NCBI GenBank assembly: GCA_902767335.1
Contig: CACXHD010000126.1
Coordinates: forward strand, 1-55,359
Source of the DNA: an uncultured Lachnospiraceae bacterium
Lineage (GTDB): Bacteria > Bacillota > Clostridia > Lachnospirales > Lachnospiraceae
Reading direction: 5' to 3'
Length of the DNA: 55,359 bases
A program made the translations under genes and the position numbers. Every line of letters begins with the position of its first letter. The first letter of the stretch is position 1. Below, in pieces: positions 9,447-17,646 of this stretch. Under the pieces are notes generated by a model. That model saw only the letters and a program-made list of their open reading frames with translations. It was not told the origin of the DNA and did no database searches.

Positions 9447-10457
9447 ATGTCTGAAATCGGAGTGCTGGGAGCCGGCACCTGGGGAATGGCTCTTGCCCGA
9501 ATGCTTTGCAACAGTGGTCATGGCGTGATGGTCTGGTCTGCTCTTGAGCGGGAGATCGACGAATATTCTTCCACGCGCAGACATCCGAACCTGCCCGGGA
9601 TGGTGATCCCGGACGGGGTCCGGTTTACGAAAGAGATCCGGGAGGCCGTGACGGATAAGGATATTGTTTTGTTCGCGGTTCCGTCCGTCTTTGTGCGCAG
9701 CACGGCAGCCAAAGCCGCTGCGTTTATCCCGGAAGGACAGATCATCGTGGACGTGGCCAAGGGCATTGAGCCGGATACGCTGTATACGCTCACGGAGGTC
9801 ATTGCGGACGAGCTGCGCAGAAACGGCAGGGGCGGAAACGTCCGTCTGGTCGCGCTGTCCGGACCGACCCATGCGGAGGAGGTTGCAAGGGACATGCCCA
9901 CGACGATCGTCTCCGCGGGAGAGGACATGCGGGCTGCCCGCTTTGTGCAGGATGTGTTTATGAATACCTGCATGCGGGTTTACACCAATCCGGACGTCAA
10001 GGGCGTAGAGCTCTGCGGAGCGCTTAAGAACATTATCGCGCTTGCCGCCGGGATGGCCCGGGGCCTCGGCTACGGGGACAACACCAAAGCGGCACTGATT
10101 ACCAGAGGGATGGCGGAGATTACCCGCCTCGGACTGGCGATGGGCTGCCAGGAGACGACCTTTTACGGACTGGCCGGCATCGGCGATCTGGTCGTGACCG
10201 CGACCAGCGTGCACAGCCGCAATAACCGGGCCGGCGAACTGATCGGACAGGGGATGAGCCCGGAGGAAGCCGTGAAAAAAGTTGGAATGGTCGTGGAAGG
10301 CATCAACGCCCTTCCGGCAGCCATGGAGATGGCAGATGCCTGCCTTGTCCAGATGCCGATTGTCAGCGGCGTGAACCGCATCATCCGGGAAGGCGCAGAT
10401 CCGAACAAGGTGGTACGGGAACTGATGGAGCGGGAGAAAAAACCGGAGAGGTATTGA
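9447..10457 (+). CDS. gpsA: NAD(P)H-dependent glycerol-3-phosphate dehydrogenase
   Basis: N-terminal GAGTWGMALA dinucleotide fold, GPTHAEEV, GALKNIIALAAG and NRAGELIGQG motifs. Length is 336 aa. Confidence 0.9.
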   Translation: MSEIGVLGAGTWGMALARMLCNSGHGVMVWSALEREIDEYSSTRRHPNLPGMVIPDGVRFTKEIREAVTDKDIVLFAVPSVFVRSTAAKAAAFIPEGQIIVDVAKGIEPDTLYTLTEVIADELRRNGRGGNVRLVALSGPTHAEEVARDMPTTIVSAGEDMRAARFVQDVFMNTCMRVYTNPDVKGVELCGALKNIIALAAGMARGLGYGDNTKAALITRGMAEITRLGLAMGCQETTFYGLAGIGDLVVTATSVHSRNNRAGELIGQGMSPEEAVKKVGMVVEGINALPAAMEMADACLVQMPIVSGVNRIIREGADPNKVVRELMEREKKPERY

Positions 10458-10463
10458 GCGTGT

Positions 10464-10558
10464 GAGACAGGGGACGGTTCTGGGGAGACAGGGGGAGACA
10501 GGGGACGGTTCTGGGGAGACAGGGGACGGTTCTGTGTCTCCGAACCGTCCCCTGTCTC
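10464..10558. repeat. array of 4 hairpin-family units (3 direct, 1 inverted) after gpsA
   Basis: GAGACAGGGGACGGTTCTG occurs at 10464, 10495 and 10515, with an inverted copy at 10541-10558. There is an orphan left arm GGAGACAG at 10484. The segments 10514-10531 and 10542-10559 form a perfect 18-bp stem. Confidence 0.9.
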
Positions 10559-10602
10559 CCCACCCTGTCTCCTCTCTGGCTCAATCTGACACACACTGCC
10601 TC

Positions 10603-10631
10603 TTGATTTTTCATGAAATCATGTCTATAAT
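10603..10631 (+). promoter_or_regulatory. sigma-70-type promoter for the LtaS-family gene
   Basis: TTGATT, 17-nt spacer, TATAAT. It lies 36 nt upstream of the ATG. Confidence 0.6.
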
Positions 10632-10667
10632 TGCGGATTAGAAATAACTAAGGAAGATGAGAAGAGA

Positions 10668-12698
10668 ATGAAGTGCAGTTTTCAATGTAATAAACGTCGT
10701 CTGATCGGAACCGGAATCTTTTTTGCGGTCGCACTGATTATGTTTGCCACGGCCCATTATCCGCTTCCGTTCCTTTTTTTGTGCCCGCTGGCCTATTTTC
10801 TGATCCTGTGTACAGACATTGAGTTCAAAGGGCTCTGGAAGGGGATCCTGTGGATCTGGACCGCCTTTTATCTCGCTGCCGGCCCGGTGTTTTCCACGCT
10901 CTGCATTCAGCACATTATCCTGGAGCCGGAGCTCTATAAAAAGACCAAGGAGCGGATTCTGCATCTGAATATGTGGTGCGTGGCGTGCATCTATCTGGCG
11001 GTCCTGATTCTCGTGGGCGAGATTCGCTGGAGCTGGAGGATTGCACATTTCCTCTGCATGTTTGCGGCGTTTGCGGATTATTTTGTCTATGAATTCCGTG
11101 AGAACGAGATCTCATTTGCCGATATCCGCACGGTCGGAACCGGCCTGAGCGTGTTCGGCAGCTACCGGCTGAAAATGCATGACCGCGGAGCGATCGCCAT
11201 TTTGCTTTCGGTGGTGATTTTTGTGCTGATCCGGAAGTCGAAGATAAAGATGAAGCGGATCTTCCACTGGCTGATCCGGGCGGCGGCAGCGGTGGCCCTG
11301 GTATTTACCGTGATGTACGTACAGGATAAGTCGGCAAAGATGGCGACCCAGACCTGGGAGAAGAAGGGTACCTATAAGAACGGATTTGTCCTGAACTTTA
11401 TCCTTGGCGTCGGAGACGGGATTATCAAAGATCCGGAAGGATATGACCGGGAAATCATCTCTGCGTTGGAGGAGGAGTATGGCAGGGACGACACCTCCGG
11501 GGACGGACAGAAAATGGCCAGATCCGCCGAGGAAGTGGCCCTGTCCGCCAAGCTTTCCAACCTGGACCGCAAGCCCGTGATCATCACGATCATGGACGAG
11601 TCCTTTGCGGACCTGCGCAAGCTGGGAGACCTGACCACCAACAAAGAGGTCATGCCGTTCCTGGATTCGCTGAAGGAAAACACGCTGCGCGGCTTCTCAT
11701 TGTCTTCCGTATTCGGTGCGAAGACGCCGAACTCGGAGTGGGAGTATATGACCGGCAACAGCATGGCATTCCTGCCGGAGGGCTCGGTGGTTTATGAACA
11801 GTTCATCACAAAGACGCCGACATCGCTGGTGTCCACGCTGAAAAATGAGGGATATACAGCGGTTGCCATGCATCCGTATCAGAATACCGGATGGAAGAGA
11901 AATATCGTATATCCGACCCTCGGTTTTGACGAGACCTATTTCCTGGAGGACAATTATTTCGACGAGACCAATATCATCCGCGACTATGTCACGGACCAGG
12001 AGCTCTTCGACAAAATCATCGAGCGGTTTGAACAGCAGCAGGAGACGGCTCCGGAGGATCCGCTGTTCATCATGAGCATTACGATGCAGAACCACGGCGG
12101 ATACCGTCAGACCTACGCCAACTTTACCAATGAGATCATATACCGGTCCAGGTACGGCAATTTTGACGACGCCAACCAGTATCTGTCGCTGTGCCACGAG
12201 ACGGACAAAGCGCTGAAGAATCTGATCGGATACTTTGAAAAGGCAGACGTACCGGTGGAAATCATCTTCTTCGGAGACCATCTGCCCAGTCTGCAGACGT
12301 CCTTCTTCCGCTCGCTGAACGGAAAGGGCATATCCGGACTTACGCTGACACAGCTCGAAGAGCTGTTCTCCGTACCGTTCTTTATCTGGACCAATTACGA
12401 TACGCCGGAGAAAGAGATCAGCCTCACCAGCCTGAATTTTCTTTCGACCATGGCACTCTCACGGGCGGGGATTGATCTTCCGCCGTACAACCAGTTCCTG
12501 GCCGATCTGATGAAGAAGATTCCGGCGATGAACGCCAGAGCCTTCTGGTCCGAGACGGAAGGGAAATTCCTTCACTACGACAAAGCGACCGGCGAGGAGA
12601 AGGAATGGATCGACAAATACAATTATCTGCAGTACAACGAAATGTTTGACAAGAAGGGAAAGAGCACGTGGTTCTTCCCCTACCTGACTACGCAGTGA
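10668..12698 (+). CDS. LTA synthase (LtaS)/sulfatase-family membrane transferase
   Basis: Multi-TM N-terminus followed by an extracellular sulfatase-like domain (IMDESFADL, FGAKTPNSEWEYMTGNS, FFGDHLP). Confidence 0.8.
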   Translation: MKCSFQCNKRRLIGTGIFFAVALIMFATAHYPLPFLFLCPLAYFLILCTDIEFKGLWKGILWIWTAFYLAAGPVFSTLCIQHIILEPELYKKTKERILHLNMWCVACIYLAVLILVGEIRWSWRIAHFLCMFAAFADYFVYEFRENEISFADIRTVGTGLSVFGSYRLKMHDRGAIAILLSVVIFVLIRKSKIKMKRIFHWLIRAAAAVALVFTVMYVQDKSAKMATQTWEKKGTYKNGFVLNFILGVGDGIIKDPEGYDREIISALEEEYGRDDTSGDGQKMARSAEEVALSAKLSNLDRKPVIITIMDESFADLRKLGDLTTNKEVMPFLDSLKENTLRGFSLSSVFGAKTPNSEWEYMTGNSMAFLPEGSVVYEQFITKTPTSLVSTLKNEGYTAVAMHPYQNTGWKRNIVYPTLGFDETYFLEDNYFDETNIIRDYVTDQELFDKIIERFEQQQETAPEDPLFIMSITMQNHGGYRQTYANFTNEIIYRSRYGNFDDANQYLSLCHETDKALKNLIGYFEKADVPVEIIFFGDHLPSLQTSFFRSLNGKGISGLTLTQLEELFSVPFFIWTNYDTPEKEISLTSLNFLSTMALSRAGIDLPPYNQFLADLMKKIPAMNARAFWSETEGKFLHYDKATGEEKEWIDKYNYLQYNEMFDKKGKSTWFFPYLTTQ

Positions 12699-12723
12699 AT
12701 CATTCATCGAATTCATGCTGCCA

Positions 12724-12935
12724 ACAGCCCTCAGGCCCCTTATGTTTCATAAGCAGACAATGCCGACAGGAACGAAGACGGGATCCACGGTTTACGCAGA
12801 CTTAGGGGCCGGGGTAAGAGCGTGGCGTATATGCGCGAATGCCCCGGCCCCTTAGTCGGAGTTAGCCGTTAGCCCGGCGGAGTGGGTCGGGTCAGCTTAT
12901 GAAATATAAGGGGCCTGAGGGCGTACGGCTTCGAT
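12724..12935 (+). repeat. ~205-nt palindromic structured element (MITE-like or ncRNA), copy 1
   Basis: Outer inverted repeat GCCCTCAGGCCCCTTATGTTTCATAAGC / GCTTATGAAATATAAGGGGCCTGAGGGC. Inner stem CTTAGGGGCCGGGG / CCCCGGCCCCTTAG. Central near-palindrome GCGTATATGCGC at 12825-12836. Confidence 0.85.
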
Positions 12936-13081
12936 GATTGCAAACAGCAGCGAATTCACACATGCAGAACAAGAAAGCTCTTTTCCTTTGACTGCATACC
13001 TGTTATACTGTTTATGTTGTCCGGTCGGGAAAAACATTTGACCGCGACAGAAAGAACCATCCCTTCGGGGATGAGATAAAG

Positions 13082-13116
13082 CAGGCAAGACAGAGAATCG
13101 TCCCCTGTCTTGCCTG
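13082..13116 (-). repeat. hairpin-family unit (12-bp stem) in the hom leader
   Basis: CAGGCAAGACAG-agaatcgtccc-CTGTCTTGCCTG. The loop is the reverse complement of the family core with one change. It ends 20 nt before the hom ATG. Confidence 0.85.
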
Positions 13117-13136
13117 TCTTGTACAGGAGGAGAAAT

Positions 13137-14369
13137 ATGATACAGGCAGCAGTATTCGGTTTTGGAAATATCGGCAGCGGCGTCGTCGCCGTGCTGGAGG
13201 AAAACCGGGAGCAGATCGCAAGGGTGATCCCCGGCGGGATCGCCGTGAAATATATTCTTGATATCCGGGATTTCCCCGACAGTCCCTATGCGGACCGGAT
13301 TGTCCACGATGTGGATGTGATTTTGAATGATCCGGAAATCAGCGTCGTCTGCGAGACGATGGGGGGAAAAGAACCGGCATACACGTTTTCACGCAGAGCT
13401 CTGGAAAGAGGGATCAGCGTCTGCTCTTCCAATAAGGAGCTGGTGGAAGCGTTCGGTCCGAAGCTTCTTGCGGCAGCCGCCGAGCACCACTGCAGTTACC
13501 TGTTCGAAGCCAGCGTGGGCGGCGGCATTCCGCTGATCACGCCGATGCTGAACTGCCTGGTGCAGGAGAAGATCACAGAGGTTATGGGTATCCTGAACGG
13601 GACCACAAACTATATGCTGACGAAAATGCAGCACTGCGGAGCCGATTACGGAAAAGTCCTGCAGGAAGCGCAGGAACTGGGTTACGCGGAGCGGGACCCG
13701 AGAGCGGACGTCGAGGGACATGATACCGGACGGAAAATCGCGATCCTTTCGTCTCTGATGTGCGGGAAAACCGTACGTTACGACGAGATTTCCTGTGAGG
13801 GCATTACCAAGATTACCCCGGAGGATTTTGTGTTCGCTGCGCAGCACGGATATACCATCCGTCTGCTGGGCATGAGCCGGCTGCAGGAAGACGCTGTGTC
13901 GGTTCTGACGGCGCCCTTCCTGGTTCCGGAGGGACATCCGCTTTACGGAGTGACCGATGTGTTCAATGGCGTGCTGGTTCACGGAACGATGGTGGACGAT
14001 GTCATGTTCTACGGACGGGGGGCCGGCAAGCTGCCCACCGGATCCGCGGTGGCGGCCGATATGATTCTGGCTTCCCGGAACATCGGGAGCACCGTCCCGA
14101 TCGCGTGGAGCGAGGAACTGATGCCCGTGGTCCCGGCTGGGGAACGGATTTCCGCCTTCTTTATCCGCGGGGACAAAGCGCAGGAGGAGGCCGTTCTGAA
14201 AGCCCTGGACGGTAAGCTGGAAGCGGTCTGGGAAGCGGAAGACTCCCTGGAAGGGGATGAAACCTTTGCCCTGGTCACGAAAGAGTACCGGGAAAAAGAG
14301 ATTTATAACGCATTGGAAGAGATTTCGGGAATCCGCAGCATGATCCGGATGCTGCCGAAGGAAGCCTGA
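13137..14369 (+). CDS. hom: homoserine dehydrogenase
   Basis: Start ATG 13137 follows AGGAGG. Motifs are AVFGFGNIGSGV (NAD-binding), LFEASVGGGIPLI and NGTTNYMLT, with a C-terminal ACT-like region. Confidence 0.9.
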   Translation: MIQAAVFGFGNIGSGVVAVLEENREQIARVIPGGIAVKYILDIRDFPDSPYADRIVHDVDVILNDPEISVVCETMGGKEPAYTFSRRALERGISVCSSNKELVEAFGPKLLAAAAEHHCSYLFEASVGGGIPLITPMLNCLVQEKITEVMGILNGTTNYMLTKMQHCGADYGKVLQEAQELGYAERDPRADVEGHDTGRKIAILSSLMCGKTVRYDEISCEGITKITPEDFVFAAQHGYTIRLLGMSRLQEDAVSVLTAPFLVPEGHPLYGVTDVFNGVLVHGTMVDDVMFYGRGAGKLPTGSAVAADMILASRNIGSTVPIAWSEELMPVVPAGERISAFFIRGDKAQEEAVLKALDGKLEAVWEAEDSLEGDETFALVTKEYREKEIYNALEEISGIRSMIRMLPKEA

Positions 14370-14428
14370 ACAAGTTTGGATCTGATTTTCGGGAGGGATC
14401 TTCATGATTCTGCCGGAAATCAGGTCCT

Positions 14429-15913
14429 TTGTACATGGAGGCGTGCGCCGGGAGAAGAGACTTGATCGGAATCACAGGTATGACAGTGATCATTTTGGGA
14501 CTTATACTGCTTTCCCTGTTTGCGGCGGCATGGGTGCATATGTGCCTGTCTGCACCAAAGGGAAAAAGAGGGCGGCGGCCTGTGCCGGACAAAGAACGCG
14601 CGGAAATCTATGCCCGGAAGCTGTCCCGGATGCTTCAGTATGATACCGTATCAAAGCCGGAATATAATGTGGAAGACCTGAAACGCTTCCGTGCCTTTCA
14701 GGGAGAGCTGGAGCGGCTTTTTCCTCAGGTACATGCCCGGCTGGAATGCTTCCGGCTGGACGGGAACCTGCTCTACTTCTGGAAGGGGAAATCCCATGAT
14801 CGCCCGTTGGTGCTGATGAGTCATCAGGACACGGTTCCTGCGGAGGGAGAATGGAAGTATGGTCCGTTCTCCGGGGCCATTGCGGAGGGAAGCGTGTGGG
14901 GCCGCGGAGCCTGCGATACAAAATGTTCCGTGATGGGCTTTCTGCAGGCAGTGGAAGAACTTCTGGAGGAAGGATATGAACCGGAGCAGGACCTCTATCT
15001 TTCCTCTTCCTGTACGGAAGAAGTGAGCGGCGACGGCTGCCCGAAGATCGTACGTTTTCTGCAGGAAAAGGGGGTTCGGCCCTTCCTGGTCTGCGACGAG
15101 GGAGGCGGGATTATGGAAGACCCGGTTCCGGGCGTCCGGGGCAGCTTTGCCATGGCGGGCATGATGGAAAAAGGCATGGCCAATGTCCATTTTCATGTAT
15201 CCGGAAACGGAGGGCATGCCAGTACGCCGCTGCGCGGCATGCCGGTGGCCCGGACCGCGGATTTTGTGCACTGGATGGAGCATCATGATCCCTTCCGGAA
15301 GAGAATGGAGAAACCGGTCCGGGAGATGCTGCGCCGCCTCGCCCCCTATGGGATCCTGCCGGTGCGCTACGTTTTTTCCAATCTGTGGCTCTTCGGCCCG
15401 CTGGTGGCGGAAGTGATGCCCCGCCTGTCGCCGCATGCGGCAGCGATGCTCCAGAGCACGATTGCATTTACACAGATTGCCGGATCCGACGCGAACAATA
15501 TGTTTCCGAAGGAAGTCATTCTCGGAGCGAATCTCCGGTTTATACCCCATCAGGACATGGAGGAAACACTGGGTCTGGTGGAGAAAATCGCGGCGAAATA
15601 CGGACTGGAGATGGAAGTTGTCAGCGCCGAACCGTCGACGGCCGTCTCGGAGACAGAGGGGGAAGCCTGGGAACTGTTCAGCCGGGTGGCCCGGGAGACA
15701 TTTCCGGAGGCGCCGGTCTGCCCGTATATCCTCACTGGGGGAACGGACGCCCGGTTCTATCAGGATATCTGTCCCCATGTATACCGTTTCGCGCCGGTTG
15801 TGCTCGGACCGGAGCAGAAAGCCGGCATTCATGGGATCGATGAGCACATTTCCACAGACTGTCTGCCGGGATGTGTTGATTTCTATAAAAATCTGATCCG
15901 GGCGAACCGATGA
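14429..15913 (+). CDS. M20/M25/M40 family metallopeptidase with N-terminal membrane anchor
   Basis: Motifs LMSHQDTVP and WGRGACDTK plus a dimerisation-domain layout. There is an N-terminal TM segment (VIILGLILLSLFAAAWV). The start is uncertain (14429, 14435 or 14480). Confidence 0.8.
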   Translation: MYMEACAGRRDLIGITGMTVIILGLILLSLFAAAWVHMCLSAPKGKRGRRPVPDKERAEIYARKLSRMLQYDTVSKPEYNVEDLKRFRAFQGELERLFPQVHARLECFRLDGNLLYFWKGKSHDRPLVLMSHQDTVPAEGEWKYGPFSGAIAEGSVWGRGACDTKCSVMGFLQAVEELLEEGYEPEQDLYLSSSCTEEVSGDGCPKIVRFLQEKGVRPFLVCDEGGGIMEDPVPGVRGSFAMAGMMEKGMANVHFHVSGNGGHASTPLRGMPVARTADFVHWMEHHDPFRKRMEKPVREMLRRLAPYGILPVRYVFSNLWLFGPLVAEVMPRLSPHAAAMLQSTIAFTQIAGSDANNMFPKEVILGANLRFIPHQDMEETLGLVEKIAAKYGLEMEVVSAEPSTAVSETEGEAWELFSRVARETFPEAPVCPYILTGGTDARFYQDICPHVYRFAPVVLGPEQKAGIHGIDEHISTDCLPGCVDFYKNLIRANR

Positions 15914-15938
15914 CCGGTCAGGGAAAAGGAGAACAGGA

Positions 15939-16430
15939 ATGTTTGAATTTCGCAGTATTTTGCCGGGAGAGGGCCCGGAAACCTCGAGAATCGAGAATAT
16001 CTGCTTTCCGCCCAACGAAGCCTGCTCGTACCGGCATATGATGGAGCGGGTGGAAGCCGCTCCGGACTTATTCCTGGTGGCAGTCGACCCTTCAAACGGC
16101 CGGATCGCCGGATTTCTCAACGGGATCGCCACGAACGAAACCTGCTTCCGGGATGAATTCTTTACGGATGCTTCCCTTCACGACCCGTCGGGAGAGAATG
16201 TGATGCTGCTGGGGCTGGATGTACTGCCGGAATACCGGCGGCAGGGTCTTGCCAGGGAGCTGGTTGCCTGCTACTGCAGACGGGAGCGGGAAAACGGTCG
16301 GAAACGGCTGGTCCTGACCTGCCTTGAGGAAAAAGTGGAGATGTACAGAAAGTTCGGTTTCCGTGACCTGGGTCTCTCCGCCTCCGTCTGGGGAGGCGAA
16401 CAATGGCATGAGATGGACCGGATGCTGTGA
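15939..16430 (+). CDS. GNAT family N-acetyltransferase
   Basis: 163 aa with the acetyl-CoA loop YRRQGLARELV and a typical GNAT length and layout. Confidence 0.75.
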   Translation: MFEFRSILPGEGPETSRIENICFPPNEACSYRHMMERVEAAPDLFLVAVDPSNGRIAGFLNGIATNETCFRDEFFTDASLHDPSGENVMLLGLDVLPEYRRQGLARELVACYCRRERENGRKRLVLTCLEEKVEMYRKFGFRDLGLSASVWGGEQWHEMDRML

Positions 16431-16432
16431 AA

Positions 16433-16459
16433 GGAGACAGGGGACGGTTCTGTGTCTCC
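16433..16459 (+). repeat. hairpin-family unit after GNAT gene
   Basis: GGAGACAGGGGACGGTTCTGTGTCTCC, starting 3 nt after the TGA stop. Confidence 0.85.
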
Positions 16460-16570
16460 CTTGAGAATAAGCAGACGATGATGTAAGATAGTCCTGCCGG
16501 GATCTGAAACAGGAACCGGCCCGCACTCTGCCGGAAGGCGGATGATCAAAACAGACAGGGGGTAGAAAAA

Positions 16571-17632
16571 GTGAAAAAATATGGATTGCTGCTGGCTGCG
16601 CTGATGACGCTGACATTTTCCGCAGCGGCACAGGCGGATCTGCAGACCGGAGATACGGGGGAGGATGTGCGCTCTCTTCAGCAGATGCTGTATGATACAG
16701 GGTGGCTGCAGGGGGAGCCGGACGGCGTGTACGGCGAGATGACAGCGATCGCCGTGCGGGATTTTCAGGAGTATGCAGGACTGGAAGGAACCGGCGTCGC
16801 GGATGAATCGATGATGCCCTATCTGGAGAAAGAAGCAGGGAAGGAGACATCCGCGGATGTTGTGATTCCCGCCGAGAATACAGAAACCACAGAAGCGGAA
16901 GAAAACGGGGAAGCCGCAGAGCCCGCGGCAGCCGCAGAAACCACAGAAGTCGCGGCGGCCCCGGAAACCGGAGCGGCAGCCGCAGCCGGAGAAACCGCAG
17001 AGCCCGCGGCGGCTGCAGAAACCGGAGAAACCGCAGAAACCGCGGCGGCTCCGGAAGCCGAAGCGGCTGCGGAAGGAAATGAGACGGCGGCAGAAGAGGA
17101 GACAGAAGCGCCGCAGGCAGCTGCGGCAGCGGCCGATCCTTCGGCGCAGACCACGGAAAAACCCTGGGTATCCGTGACGGCGAATGCTTCCGGAGACGCT
17201 TCCGAAGAGAGTGCGCCGGACCAGTGCATGATCATTCTCGATGAGGGGAACCTGCGCAGAATCTACTGCAGCGAGCACAGGGAACTGCTTCGCGAGGATA
17301 CGCGGCTGGAGGGAGACGCAGACTCGGTGAAAGAACTGAATGCCCTCTGGGAGCAGGCCATCGACAAGCTCTATGAAGAACTGGCCGCCGAAGCGGAGAG
17401 CGAAGAGAAGAAGAAAGACGTTGCGTATGCGCAGGAGGTCTGGAAAGAATACATTGCGCAGCAGAGGACAACGCTGAGTGACATCTGGCCGGAAGACCCC
17501 AAAGGCGTTGAAGAGCAGATTTTGCTGATGCAGAAAGAACAGACAGCGTCTCTGTGCGCGCAGCGGGCGGTGCAGTCTGCTGAGGAGGCCGGCGCGGAAG
17601 CATTGACAGAGCAGGAAACGGAAACGGTATAA
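16571..17632 (+). CDS. secreted peptidoglycan-binding protein with acidic low-complexity linker and Cys-containing C-terminal (DUF1311/LprI-like) domain
   Basis: Signal peptide (LLLAALMTLTFSAAAQA) and a PG_binding_1 motif (GDTGEDVRSLQQMLYDTGWL..PDGVYG). An Ala/Glu/Thr repeat linker follows. The C-terminus carries YCSEHRELL and LNALWEQAIDKLY. Confidence 0.65.
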   Translation: MKKYGLLLAALMTLTFSAAAQADLQTGDTGEDVRSLQQMLYDTGWLQGEPDGVYGEMTAIAVRDFQEYAGLEGTGVADESMMPYLEKEAGKETSADVVIPAENTETTEAEENGEAAEPAAAAETTEVAAAPETGAAAAAGETAEPAAAAETGETAETAAAPEAEAAAEGNETAAEEETEAPQAAAAAADPSAQTTEKPWVSVTANASGDASEESAPDQCMIILDEGNLRRIYCSEHRELLREDTRLEGDADSVKELNALWEQAIDKLYEELAAEAESEEKKKDVAYAQEVWKEYIAQQRTTLSDIWPEDPKGVEEQILLMQKEQTASLCAQRAVQSAEEAGAEALTEQETETV

Positions 17633-17646
17633 CGGGGGGAAAAACG

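Noticed and set aside
10464-10575. CRISPR array interpretation of the repeated GAGACAGGGGACGGTTCTG units (and of the 43148-43240 tandem repeat).
   Set aside because: The units are 19-31 bp apart with no unique spacers of CRISPR length, and one unit is inverted. The same element is scattered singly across the window, and no cas genes are present.
10163-10614. ORFs translating the hairpin arrays (NRPLSP/ETGDGS-type peptides at 10163-10594, 10381-10614 and 25493-25913, and the end of 52236-53762).
   Set aside because: The reading frames are by-products of the repeated DNA motif. They occur in different frames and strands at different copies and overlap real genes.
12936-13081. Riboswitch or T-box leader upstream of hom, including a CATCCC-TTCG-GGGATG tetraloop hairpin near 13056-13071.
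   Set aside because: I could identify no specifier or T-box sequence, and no SAM, lysine or other riboswitch core. A single small hairpin is insufficient evidence.
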